Positions 35,541 to 47,085 of a stretch of 64,000 nt of DNA are shown piece after piece. Both the position numbers and the translations under genes were made by a program. Origin of the DNA: Felis catus (taxonomy: Eukaryota); contig NC_058368.1 of the NCBI RefSeq assembly GCF_018350175.1, positions 129,644,001 through 129,708,000 on the forward strand. Reading direction: 5' to 3'. The first letter of the stretch is position 1, and the number at the start of each line of letters is the position of its first letter. The notes beneath the pieces are model-generated. The model did not search any database, had not been told where the DNA came from, and worked only from the letters and a program-made list of their open reading frames with translations.

Positions 35541-36936
35541 AAGAAACCAGGTATGAGCTATCCTATCTCTGCTAACTGCCTAGAATGGCCTTGAGCCCCA
35601 TCCTACGGCCCCTACCCCAAGGATGGTCTACCCTAAACTGCATCCACATAAGCCAATGGTTCCGCTCCATGCCTGACAGTAAAAGAGAGGTTGTAGGAGT
35701 AAGACCACCAGAGTAGGGACAGGGAAAGATAAGACTCAGTATGGCTACTGATGATCTTGTAACTTCTACACACATGGAGGTCGGAATTAAAGAAAGGCTG
35801 CTTCGAGCCTAAGTTGACAGGAGCTCAATCAGAAAGAGCATGGATTGAGCTCAGAAAGCCTAATAATGGTACGGCTCTGAGCAGGTCAAGAGCCAAGACT
35901 GAGTAGGAACAAAACTCTCAAGTATGTGGGCCAAGTCGGAGACACTTGCCCAGGTCTGAGGGAGCACAGACTGGCAGGTTGTCAGGAAGCACTGGCTGGT
36001 AGGGGAGGGAGGGCAGTGGGAATCAAGAAGCAAAGTAAGGGTCAAATAGGGCCACCTCTCCAGGTAAGAATTTAAATCATTGACCACCAGAGTTGCAAGG
36101 AGATTCAGAAATCATATATTTAAATCACTTCGCTTTTAGATGAGGGCTGTTGGCCTGTAGACACAGGATGGTAAGTGACAGAGCAAGAACCAACACGACA
36201 ATTGCTCACTACTAGACCAGTGGTTTACCCATGAGGACGTGGGTAACGTGGGTAACGTTACCCCATGGGGTAACACTTCCATGGGGACGTGTTGGTACTC
36301 CGTTTTGAATTTTTTAATCAGAACAATTTTAGAGGAAAACAAGATGTTGCAACCTTGGTCGTTTCATTTCAAGTATGTACTGAGCTGGTTACCAGGAAAA
36401 AATTAGACATCATATAAATAACCAACACAGATGTAAACTTAGAAGAGCCAAACTGTATGTGCTAAATTTAATACTGACAAAAACCAAACTGAAGAATCTC
36501 ATTGTTTCAGTAATTCCCAAAAACTACAATGTTTCAGTAATTGTCAAAAACTACAAAAATTGATCCAGTTAAAATCACATTTTGCAGAAATAACACGAAA
36601 TAAAACTGACAAAGGCAAAAACTGCACATGACAAAATTTGTTATTGACTTTTAAAAGTGACTAAAGAATCAAATCTTCTTGTCAAAAATTGTACCTGCAA
36701 AACCTGACCCAGGAAAATTAGACTTGGAAGAAAATGACCACAAAAGAAAACTCACAATTGCTGAAGCCAGAGTTGGGAAATTTTAATATGAGTACAAAAT
36801 GTGATCATCGAAAGAAATCCAAATTATTTCAGTAAAATAAAAAATAGTACAAATTATTTGACTGCTCATTTAAAAAAAGGCAAAGGATTAAATTATCTCA
36901 AAAGAGTTATTTCTGGAAAATAATTTCTTGATGATC

Positions 36937-37159
36937 GGGGCACCTGGGTGGCTCAGTCAGTTGAGCATCCGACTTCGACTCAGGTCATGATCTCACAGTT
37001 CCTGAGTTCGAGCCCTGCGTCAGGCTCTGTACTGACGGCTCAGAGCCTGGAGCCTGCTTCAGATTCTATGTCTCCCTCTCTCTCTGCCCCTCTGCCACTC
37101 ACGCTCTGACTCTCTCTCTCAAGAATAAATAAACGTTAAAAAAATTTTTTTTAAATAAT
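36937..37159 (+). mobile_element. Can-SINE
   Basis: 18-bp TSD AATAATTTCTTGATGATC at 36919-36936 and 37160-37177. Confidence 0.95.
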
Positions 37160-37659
37160 AATAATTTCTTGATGATCTCAGAAATGTTGGGATAATTCTG
37201 ATGAAAGTGTATTCATTTGAGAAAAAAGTCCTGAGAATCAAAACAACAGAGAGAAAAATATCCGATGTGGAAATTCTCAGGGAGCCCCCACTCCTTGGGC
37301 TTCCAGTTTTAATGCTTTATCATTTCTGAGGAGATCTAGGATCTTCTTCTAGGGTTCTAACACCTCCTACATCAGAATACCATGTACTTAGTGAATAACT
37401 TCAGTGGTTGCTAAGGTCAAAGTTTACTAGAGGGCATAAAAGTTCACAGATACCCTTACGGCCTCCAGGGGAATTTGTAATTTCAGAGCAACCTACATGT
37501 CACCTCACACCCATTAGGATGGCTACTATCAAAGAACAACAACCAAGGAAGCAGAAAACACCAAGTGTTGGTGAGGATGTGGAGAAATTGAAAGTCCTGC
37601 ACACTGTATAACCACTGTGGAAAACTGTATGGCGCTTGCTTTCAAAAATTAAAAAGAGA

Positions 37660-37860
37660 GGGGTGCCTGGGTGGCTCAGTTGGTGAGGCATCCAACTCTT
37701 GGTTTTGGTTCAGGTCATGATCTCATGGTGTCTGGGATCAAGCCCTGCTTCGGGCTCTGTGCTGACAGTGTGGAGCTTGCTTAGGATTCTTGCTCTGCCT
37801 CTCTCTCTGCCCCTCCCCCACTTGCTCTCTATCCCTCTCTCTCTCAAAATAAATAAGCAT
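37660..37860 (+). mobile_element. Can-SINE in L1
   Basis: GGGGTGCCTGGGTGGCTCAG head, (CT)n, AAAATAAATAA. Confidence 0.92.
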
Positions 37861-37906
37861 TTGTTTAAAACCTGTTAATAAAAAAAATTAAAAGTAGCAT
37901 TAGCAA

Positions 37907-38115
37907 GGGGCACCTGGGTAGCTCAGTCAGTTAAGCATCCAACTTTGTCTCAGGTCGTGATCTCATGGTTTGTGGGTTCAAGCCCCCGCGTCGGGCTCTG
38001 GGCTGACAGCTCAGAGCCTGGGTCCTGCTTCGGATTCTGTGTCTCCCTCTCTCTCTCTGTCTCTCCCCTGCTCACACTCTCTTAAAACTAAATACGCGTT
38101 AAAAAAATTTTTTTA
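37907..38115 (+). mobile_element. Can-SINE in L1
   Basis: GGGGCACCTGGGTAGCTCAG head, SINEC_Fc-type body. Confidence 0.92.
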
Positions 38116-38656
38116 ATAAAAAAAAATAAAATTAGCATATGATCCAGTAATCCCACTTCAGAATATATACCCCCAAAAAATTGAAAGCAGGGTCTTGAAA
38201 AGATATTTGCACACTCACATTCACAGCAGCATTATTCACAGGAACCAAGAGGTCGAAGCAACCCAAGTGTCCATAGACAGATGAATGGGTAAACAAACTA
38301 TGGTCTCCCTCTATATGCATGTTGTTAGGTTATTCAGTCTTGAAAAAGAAGGAAGTCCTGTCACTTGCTACCGCACGGAAGAACCTGGAGGACATTACAC
38401 TGAGTGAAATAAGCCAGGCACAAAAAGACAAATACTGTATGATTCCGCCATCTGAGGAATGGAAAGTAGGCAAACTCATAGAAAGAAACAGAAAGTAGAA
38501 TGGTGTTTTCCAGGGGCTGGGGTGGAGGGCAAAATAGGGACTTGTTTAATGGGTATAGAGTTTCAGTCCCGCATGAGGAAAAGTTCTAGAGCTCTGTCCC
38601 ACAGCAAAGACTACTTACGACTAATGAACTATACAAAGTGACGAAGACAGTAAATA

Positions 38657-38870
38657 GGGGCGCCTGCGTGGTTCAGTCTGTTAAGTGTCCGACTTCAGCT
38701 CAGGTCATGATCTCATAGGTCGTGAGTTAGAGCCCCACATCGAGCTCTGTGTTGACAGCTCAGAGCCTGGAGCTGCTTCAGATTCTGTGTCTCCCTCTCT
38801 CTCTGCCCCTCCCCTGCTTGTGCTTTGTCTCTCTATCTCTCAAAAATAAAGGGCAAAAAAATTGTTTTTT
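38657..38870 (+). mobile_element. Can-SINE in L1
   Basis: Imperfect TSD TGACGAAGACAGTAAAT / TGATGAAGACGGTAAAT. Confidence 0.92.
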
Positions 38871-40883
38871 AAATGATGAAGACGGTAAATTTTGTATCAT
38901 GTGTTTTTTACCACAGTTTAAAACAATTCAACCTGCTTGAATTTTTAATGAGTAGAACTTAAACGGTGTGGACAACCATTTAAGGTTGCGACAGCCTATA
39001 AAACTATTTCTCCAGCTTTTCCATGACACTCACTTCAGGTCAGAGCAAAGTACATCCAGTTGGTCTGAAGGCCACAGCTTGGAGCAGAAACTTCACGAAA
39101 GTCTTGTGCTTTGTCTCTAACAGATGTACAAATTATGCCTACCACTTCATATGGGATCAAAGTTTATTTTTAAATAGAAATAACATCATAATTACCATTA
39201 CAAGGAAAACTGTGTTTCTTTGGGTAAAATTCTGTGCTGGATCATAAGCTTTTATGCAAGTTAGTGCAAAAATCAAATTAAGGCAACATGGAAAAGTCGG
39301 CTTACACGGATTCGTATATGACAAAAACTTAAAGATTGTAAAAACTGCATACTTTTCTCCTCCCTAGTTGTCTGTAATAATGACACCCCAAGGAGATTCA
39401 TCGTCCTGTAGTTTCCCACTGTCTCCTGGCCCAGGACTTCATACTCTTGAAGGTATGGATATCCCAGTTGAGAAGAATATGCTAATGTTTAAAGGCAGCA
39501 TATGAGCAGGGCCACCATGCTTCAGGACTTAGAGCCTCCATGAGAGAAAATTCCCCTTTCCCACTGCCCTCTCTCACAGCCCGGGTTCCCAAAGAGAGAA
39601 TTTCTGGTCACTGCACTGGAAGGAGAGCCAGGAAATTAAAGTTTTACCACTGGTCATGTTCAGTACTGGAATGAATCCTGAACTCTTGGAACACCCTCCA
39701 CATCTGTCTTTCTGGAAAGCTCCTCCTTGTACCTCAAAACTCTGCTTGGGCATCGCCTCCTGGTGAAGCATCTGCTGAGTCTGCCCTTCTAGCCGCACCT
39801 CCTCCCTCCCTCTCTGGGCCACTTCAGAACTAAAGGACCTAGACGTTTTGTATTGCAGAATCACAGTCTCAGCTGAGCTCAGGTGGTGTGGGTGTTATAA
39901 GGACGTGTAAGAGGCACAGGCATCAGCCAAGCAGTGACCCAGTCCAGCTCCAGGGAGCCCTGGAACACTGTCAAGGAAGTAACAGTAAAAACAGACTCCC
40001 CCTGCGAGAAGGGACCTTTGGCTCCTTCTTCCTCTGTCGAGGCCACACTCACAGTTCAGCTTCTCTCTTTCTCTAGAGCTCTCTGCTTCTGCTTCTGACC
40101 AGTTCCACGGTTACCTCCCCTTCTGTTTCTCCCTAATTTTACTCTGGTGCTGTAGCTTTCTGAGTTTGTCACACTAGCAAACATCCATGAGAGATCATCA
40201 GTGGGGTCTGTCAGTCATGAACGCTATTGGGCAGAATTACCATATTAGGCCTCCCCAGAGTTACTGTTAAGCCTAAAGATGGTTGCCTTTGGTCAAGTTA
40301 CAAGTTATTAATGTATAATATCTAATTATATAATAAAATCAATGCATAGTAATTATATAACCAATATACGATAATATTATATTCATTCTCTGTTTGTATC
40401 ACTGCCATGTATTACAATTATGTCTAAATATATCTTCTCTCACAACCACAGGGTGAATTTGAAGGTGGGGATCTGTGTCTCATTAAACTGCAGAACCTCC
40501 TCCCAAATCTCTGCACTAAGTAAGTATTTAATATGGATGGATGGTGTGTGTTTGGTGGGGGAGGGAAGCATTGGATTTAAAAGTGGTATTTGCTCAAAAT
40601 CTCCCAATCTAAACAGTTTTCAAGAATTGAGAAGCAGGACCTATGAAGCATCACAAATAAATTTTGGTCAAGCTTAGTTTCAATAGCTCTGAGCGCCTAG
40701 CAATCTTCTAACAGCCAAATGGAGACAAGGTTTACTGTGTCCCAGTTTTCCAGTGTGTGTCTCCACCTGCTGTATTTACTGGAAAGCAGCGGAAGCATTC
40801 CTTCTAATATTAAGGTTTTCAAGCACATATCCTTAAACACCCTCAGCTCTGCGTTGGGCACCTGTACATGCACATTTCCACAG

Positions 40884-40902
40884 GCACCACTAGAGGGCAG
40901 GC
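40884..40902 (+). promoter_or_regulatory. CTCF core motif
   Basis: GCACCACTAGAGGGCAGGC closely matches CCACYAGRKGGCRS. Confidence 0.55.
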
Positions 40903-41345
40903 CTTTACTCCAGATGTACTACTGAGCCAGGCAAGCAAAGAAAAACTCGGTGCACTCCCCACTGTTTTACTAGGTTTGTTTCTAAATGGAAAAACACATG
41001 TGGGCATGTCCAGATTTGTATTATGTTCCTTCAATTAGTTATGCAATCTTTCGGCTCACCTTTCCTTTTGTCTCCTATTTCCTTGTTCAGGTTCTTCTCT
41101 CTTGGATTCTAACAAATAAACCTTTTGTTTATTTTTTTTTTTGAGAGGTTTAACCCACAAAAATAAATCAAGATGAGGTAACAAAATAAACATTGCATAA
41201 TTTAGTTGGTGAAGGTTAAAAAGCTGAGGCTTCATCTGGGTTTGTTTGTTTAAAAATTCTTTTGAAGTTTCGACTTCCCTAATTTTTCGTATTTTGCTGA
41301 CTTGGCAAGATGGGAAGGGGGGGTGGGCAGGAAGAAAACTGAGAC

Positions 41346-41347
<2 letters not shown>

Positions 41348-41379
<32 letters not shown>

Positions 41380-41397
41380 CGCGCACACACACACGCA
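41348..41397. repeat. (TG)n-(GC)n-(CA)n alternating purine/pyrimidine tract
   Basis: 50 bp of uninterrupted R/Y alternation. Confidence 0.95.
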
Positions 41398-42457
41398 GAA
41401 GTGAGGGAGCATGTGTAGGGGTGGAGGAAGGACAGGCCAAGCAGATGTTAAGGGACTGGTCATTCCCAGGTCACACTGGCCTATGAGCTCTATGGTGCCA
41501 CCGTGAGTGGTCCTGGACCCTAGCTCCCCTTTAGCCTTGGAAGCAGTCATTCTGCTCACATCTCAGTTGCCTTGTCTAGAATGTAAGAAACGTATACTAA
41601 AAGACCTTCTAATTCAAATATGATCCTGTGTTGAGAGAAAACATGGGGGCAGAAATGGAAAGGCAGAATGAATGAATGTGCATGGAGAGTTCTGAGAATA
41701 ACTGTTACAAAGAAACAAGTAAACAAACCAACAAATAAACTATGAGGCTGGAAATTTCTTCCAGCCAACCTAAGTGTAGAGCCAGTACTCCCATGCAGAC
41801 TTCCCTTTGGAATATTTTCTCACAGGGCTGGAGCTCTCAAACACTGAGCTGCCCTCTGTCCTACTCCCTGGAACATCCAGGGAAGACAGATATCTGAGCA
41901 GGTAAACAAAGATGCAACCGTGGCGAGGTGAGCTAGACTTGGCTGGACTCTAGAGGGGCAGTTTCCAACCCAAAATGACCAACTGACAAAATTCTTAACA
42001 AGAACCGACCCACGTCTGGTTAGAGCAGTGGTTAAAAGAAACACGTACCCCTGGGGATGCTATTGCCCTTCTTCCATGGCTGATGCAACTAAGCTCTGCT
42101 GCCTGAGTGTTGGCTTCCTATAACTTTTGGAAAATGCCACTCTTATTATTGTATCTCCACGGTTGCAATTACTCTAATCTTATAGAACTGTAATAATCAG
42201 CTGGGCTGCGGGTTCAGAGCCAGTACTGCTCTCTGACTTCATAACAGCCAATTAATTACTGCTTACAAAGTTTCAATTCTTTTTTATCTTAATACGTCTG
42301 AGAGTTCTCTCCAGATAACCGCTGAAGGAGTTTCCACCCCAGTTTGGTGACTCCCATGAGAGTACCTCTATTATGAACGTAAAAGATTGTTACCTTGCCC
42401 GTAACAAATGGATATGAAGAATTCAAAGTACTGAACTTTAAATTTCTTACATCTGCG

Positions 42458-42537
42458 ATTTCAAATAGTCACCACTAGACGGTGCTGCTAAATCCTTATT
42501 TCAAATAGTCACCACCAGGCAGTGGTGCTAAATCCTT
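42458..42537 (+). repeat. 40-bp tandem duplication containing a CTCF-like motif
   Basis: Units 42458-42497 and 42498-42537 are 36/40 identical; the first carries CCACTAGACGGTGC. Confidence 0.9.
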
Positions 42538-42539
42538 AA

Positions 42540-42680
42540 CGGGTAGTTCTCTAAGTCGGAGTCATGAAATGCAGATCTCTAGGCTGGGTAGAATCAGAAT
42601 GTTTAGGGTATGAGCCTGGGAAATCTGTCTTTTTAATAAGTTTCTTGAATGACTTTGAGACCAGAAAAGTTACACAACAG
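42540..42680. mobile_element. MER5A-like hAT fragment
   Basis: GAAATGCAGAT..GAATCAGAA..GGGAAATCTG..TTTTAATAAG. Confidence 0.55.
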
Positions 42681-42760
42681 TAATTAAGCGCTTCTTAACT
42701 GGTGGAATTTCCTTGAACTCCTACCAGAAAAGAAAATCTTTAGAAAATTAAGTCATCCTT

Positions 42761-42967
42761 GAGGCACCTGGGTGGTTCAATTGGTTAAACTTCCGACTTC
42801 AGCCTCAGGTCATGATCTCATGGTTGGTGGGTTCAAGCCCCACGTTGGGCTCTGTGCCAACAGCTTGGAGCCTGGAGCCTGCTTCAGATTCTGTATCTCC
42901 TTCTCTCTCTGGCCCTCCCCCACTCATGCTCTGTCTCAAAAATAAACAATGAAAAAAATTTTTTTAA
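42761..42967 (+). mobile_element. Can-SINE
   Basis: TSD AAAATTAAGTCATCCTTGA at 42744-42762 and 42971-42989. Confidence 0.95.
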
Positions 42968-43059
42968 AGAAAAATTAAGTCATCCTTGATTAAAAATGCA
43001 AGTGTAAGTATCCACGTAAGTGCATCCATGCCACCCACCTGGCTGGGACTCTGACACCG

Positions 43060-43605
43060 AACTGCCTTCTGTCCACTTCTACAGACCGCCATCATCCCTT
43101 AGCAACACCATTTCATTGGCCTTCAAACCAGTGTCCCCCCCTTCATTTTCCCTGGAGTCAGCTCTCCACATAGCAGCTAGAGTACTCTTTTAAAAAATAA
43201 ATTCTGTCAGCTCACTCACCTGCTAGAAGGCTCAGAGCCTTCTAATATACTACCTACCACTCTCAGAATAAAATAAAAATTTCTTATCGTGGCCTACAAG
43301 GCCCTGTCTGAATGGGTGCCTGGCAACCCTTCTTGCGGCATCAACCCTTGGCCCTCCACCCTTACTGTTCTTCAAGTAAACCTTTGGAAATTTAAGTTTG
43401 CTCTTTCCTCTAGCTCTTCCCTCCAGATCTTCGTGGCTGGTTCTTTCCTCATTTCTTTTACGTGTCTGCTCAAGAATCACCAATTCAGAGGCTTTTTCTC
43501 ACCACCTACCACCAGTCCTACCAATGGTGTCTGCTTCGATCAGCCCAATATAGGCCCTCTTACAGTCATAAAGCTGGTGCACAGTACACGTTTGTTGGAT
43601 GAACT
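43060..43605 (+). mobile_element. L2 LINE 3' fragment
   Basis: CTCCACATAGCAGCTAGAG..GGCCTACAAGGCCCTG..TTTGTTGGATGAA. Confidence 0.65.
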
Positions 43606-43777
43606 GTTGGAAAGATTTAAGATAAATCTAGGTGCAAACTGAGAAAATATTAAATCCAGTTGCAGACCGGGGTCCTCCTTTTATTATTACAACTGTTCAA
43701 TGGCTTTTTAACTGAGCTTTCCATAGACACTCAACTTTAACACAACCTGTCCTTGCCTTGTTTCTTAGGAATTTGCT

Positions 43778-44015
43778 TTTGTTTTGTCTTCTTTTGTTTT
43801 TTAAATGTTTACTTATTTATTTTGAGAGAGAGAGTGTGTGTGCATGCACATACACGAGTTGGGGAGGGGCAGAGAGAGAAGGAGAGAGAATCCCAAGCAG
43901 GCTCCGCACTGTCAGCACAGAGTCCAACATGGGGCTCAGTCTCATCAACCGTGAGATCATGACCTGAACCTAAATCAAAAGCTGGACGGTCAGCCAACTG
44001 AGCCTCCCAGGTTCC
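43778..44015 (-). mobile_element. Can-SINE
   Basis: GAATCCCAAGCAGGCTCCGCACTGTCAGCACAGAG body. Confidence 0.92.
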
Positions 44016-44399
44016 TCAGGAGTAGTTTTCATCTGGGGTTTGGGAGAGACACACCCTTCTAAAAAGGCACTTCAGAATTTTCAAGGGCCAAGGGGTGTGT
44101 GAGGTTTAACTGCATGTTTCATACATTTCAAGTTAATATTTTAATGCATCAGTACCTTTACTCTTTTTTTAACTTAAAGCAAAAAAGGATGCTTATTGGA
44201 TCCTATAACTGAAAAATCCAGAAGGATATACTAGCCTCAGGTAAGGTTGGATCCAGGGGCACAAACATTGTCATCAGGACTCAAGTCTCTCATGTGGCTC
44301 CGCTCTCCACTGCACTGGGTATCTTTACTATTAATACAAACTAAAGAAAACAGATTTCAACAAAATCTAACACCAACCCTCTTCCCTGTAGTTGAAGAT

Positions 44400-44840
44400 G
44401 TTCGGTGTTTAGCCCTCCAGGTCCTCTCTCCACCCTTGTGCGGCCTGCCTGGTGGCCCAGGACACTGACTTTCATGGATTGCATCATATGGGTTCCATGG
44501 GTCTGTGTCTCATTCGGAAGTCTGTCCAATGGGAGTCATTAGCAGGAGATGAGAGAATGAAGGAAAACAGGGTGGTTTATTCATCCCCCAGCTCTCTCCC
44601 TATGGCTCTGCCTTTCTCTACCAATGACCCAAAGGAGTCAGGCAGCTTTCTGCTCAACTACAGCTCCCTCTGGGTTCTTGTAGCTGCCCCGACCCCTTGC
44701 CTCTTTAGGCCTGTGGGTATTAATGTGTCCCTGCAGTTGCTAGCTCTAAGATATTTCTCTTGGTAGAGTCCCTGCATTAATCTTTCTTGGGTCCCTCCAG
44801 CTGCATGAGTCCTTTGTCCACCCCCAGACTCAGACTAATA
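44400..44840 (+). mobile_element. Ancient ERVL LTR (LTR33-like)
   Basis: AGCAGGAGATGAGAG..TTTAGGCCTGTGGGT..GTTGCTAGC..GACTAATA end; recalled consensus. Confidence 0.45.
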
Positions 44841-45714
44841 TGGCCTATGAGGGTTCTGTTGTTGTTGTCATCTCTTTCCGGTGATACATATGCCTAAGTT
44901 GCCTAAGTGATGGCGTTCCAGTCTTTTTCTCTCATTGTCTCATTCCCCTGATTTCCTGAGCTGTCCACATCAACAGCTTCAATAATGCTGACCTGCCCCT
45001 CTGCCAGAGCCAGCACCCCCACAAAGTCTTAGCATTCTGCAGCTCTCTGCAGAAAGGGTCCCAGTCTTCGTTTTCTTTTGGAATAGTTGTATTTTAAGCA
45101 TAGAGAGCTTTAAAAAAGGAATCCGCTACTAAAGAGTCTTAAAAATGGCTCTCTCACAACACCTGTCACCCTATTTATTCTCAATACCCCATAAGAGACA
45201 CTGCTTTAGGCGAGACTGGTTGTGTGAGCATTTAACCAACAAATATCAGCAACTGGGAAGCCCATAAATAGCAGCAGAGAGGACAAACAGGATGACTCAG
45301 TGAGGCTTCTGAGTCAGACTGGCAGGGACCGGCCTTCCTTCTTAATTACAGGGCACTGGACCCATTATCTCTGAAGTCACCTCGGAGTCTCATCTAACAA
45401 ATATCAGACATCCAGTTTCCTTTGAAGATGTGCAATCTTCTTCCTTCTGCCTACCATTAGAAAATAAAATGCCTGAGCTAAGAGGCCCCCTGGGGGCTCA
45501 TAGTCCGCATCCTCGGCAATTAGCCCCTTTCTGAGATCAGCCACTGTCCCTGCTGTTGGCTGGTTCTGGTCCCGGCTTTGGCGCCCTCAGTTTGTGGGAC
45601 CTCAAATACATCACTTCACCTCGCTGAATGTATCTCCTCTATCATGAAGTAATAAACATTACGTGGCCACAGGGTTGTTGTGAAGATCAAAGTCAATTTG
45701 GCCAATTATATGAT

Positions 45715-45995
45715 GTTATAGAAAAGGTAAAAGTATAGAGACAGGAAAAAGATCAGTGATTGCCAGGAGGTCAGGGATGAATAAGTGGAGAACAGAGTAC
45801 TTTTAGGGCAAACTATTCTGTATGATATTGTAATGGTGGGTACTTGACGTCATAGATGTGTCAGAACCCACAGAACAGTACACTAGGTCTCAACCCTAAT
45901 GTAAACTAAGGATTCTGTTTAATAATAATGTATCAATATTGGTTCATCAATTATAACAAATATACTACACTAATGCAAGACATTAATAATAGAAG
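45715..45995 (+). mobile_element. Ancient L1 (L1MC-like) 3' fragment
   Basis: GATCAGTGATTGCCAGG..ACTATTCTGTATGAT..AACCCTAATGTAAACT..TAATGCAAGA. Confidence 0.75.
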
Positions 45996-46904
45996 AAACT
46001 GTGCGCTCAATATCTGAATATGTAGACAGAAGAATCTACATGTATTTAGGGATCAATATCCCTAACGAATAGTACTTGAAATTTGAGCCATGTCGAAAAC
46101 AAATAGGATACGATGTGTTTGCACATAGATGGAGGGAAAAATAGAGGGGAAGACTTCTTTGCTACATATAACTGGAAGTGGGCATGGAAGCATAGAGCTT
46201 TGGAATCTAATAGTTGAGGTCACTTTTCAAAACCACTCCCAATTTCAGGACACAGAATGTCTTAGTTGTACCCAGAAGGTTTATTTAGCTAAAGAATGTG
46301 GCCAAAGCAAGGAAGCAGCCATTGGGTTTTTCAGAGGATGAGAACACATCCTGTCTGGGGACATCTATGCATGCCCTTACACACAGTGGGCCCCACAGCT
46401 GTCCAGTCTTGCTACAAGCTTTGTGGGGGGATGTGGGGCCCGGAGGGAAGCCTGCTATGGGCAGAATGAGGTTGGGCTCTGCTGGAATGAGCCACTCCCT
46501 TAGAGAGTCTAAATGAGGATGAAGAATTTCTGAATCAACTAGAGACCCAAACCCATCCAAGAATAGAGTTGGGGGTGGGGGGTAGGGGGAACAAGGGCTT
46601 TTTAAGTTTCTTCCATAGCAGTCCAGATTAGAACATTGTCTCTAAGGAGGCTTTGGTTTCCCCTGGGCGAGCTGTGGTTTGAAAGTGCCTTTCTTGCACA
46701 AAGAAGTATTCAATAAAATTTGCTGAATGGTGAGGATAAGTTTGAATGTGCAGAAGAATAGGCAAGGTCCCAATCATGAGTTGCCAGAGGAGGGAGAGAC
46801 ATCTCAGCAGCCAGAGGTGCCTCATGAAAATATTAAGGTACCCAGACAAGAACATGGGCCAAGTAGGAAGATCATTTTGCACAGAAGTTATTAGCATAGA
46901 CTCT

Positions 46905-47085
46905 CAGTGAAATAGACTTGAGTTCGAATCTCAGCCTCATCACTTACTAGTTGACTGATTTGGGCAAGTTGCTGAATTTTGGTGAGCCTACGGTTTCCTC
47001 ACTTGTATGGGGATTAAGTGCAGCTACACATATAATATACTTAGTACCACGCCTGCCATATAGTAAGTGCTCAATATATTATAGT
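46905..47085 (+). mobile_element. MIR
   Basis: GTTCGAATCTCAGC..TTGGGCAAGTT..CATATAGTAAGTGCTCAATA. Confidence 0.75.

Larger units (their letters stand above)
37500..38920 (+). mobile_element. Older L1 (L1MA/MB-like) 3' end carrying three SINEs
   Basis: CACCTCACACCCATTAGGATGGCTA..GATCCAGTAATCCCACTTC..AAAGACAAATACTGTATGATTCC. Confidence 0.9.

Noticed and set aside
36350..36930. A-rich stretch possibly from a hAT/Charlie transposase
   Set aside because: Only a CAGTGGTTT word upstream and a weak LTIAE-like peptide; too little to call.
41056..41559. 167-aa minus-strand ORF
   Set aside because: Runs through a microsatellite (HTHT) and an A-run; no exon structure or homology.
42458..42537. CRISPR-like repeat
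   Set aside because: Only two directly abutting units, no spacers, no cas genes, mammalian context.
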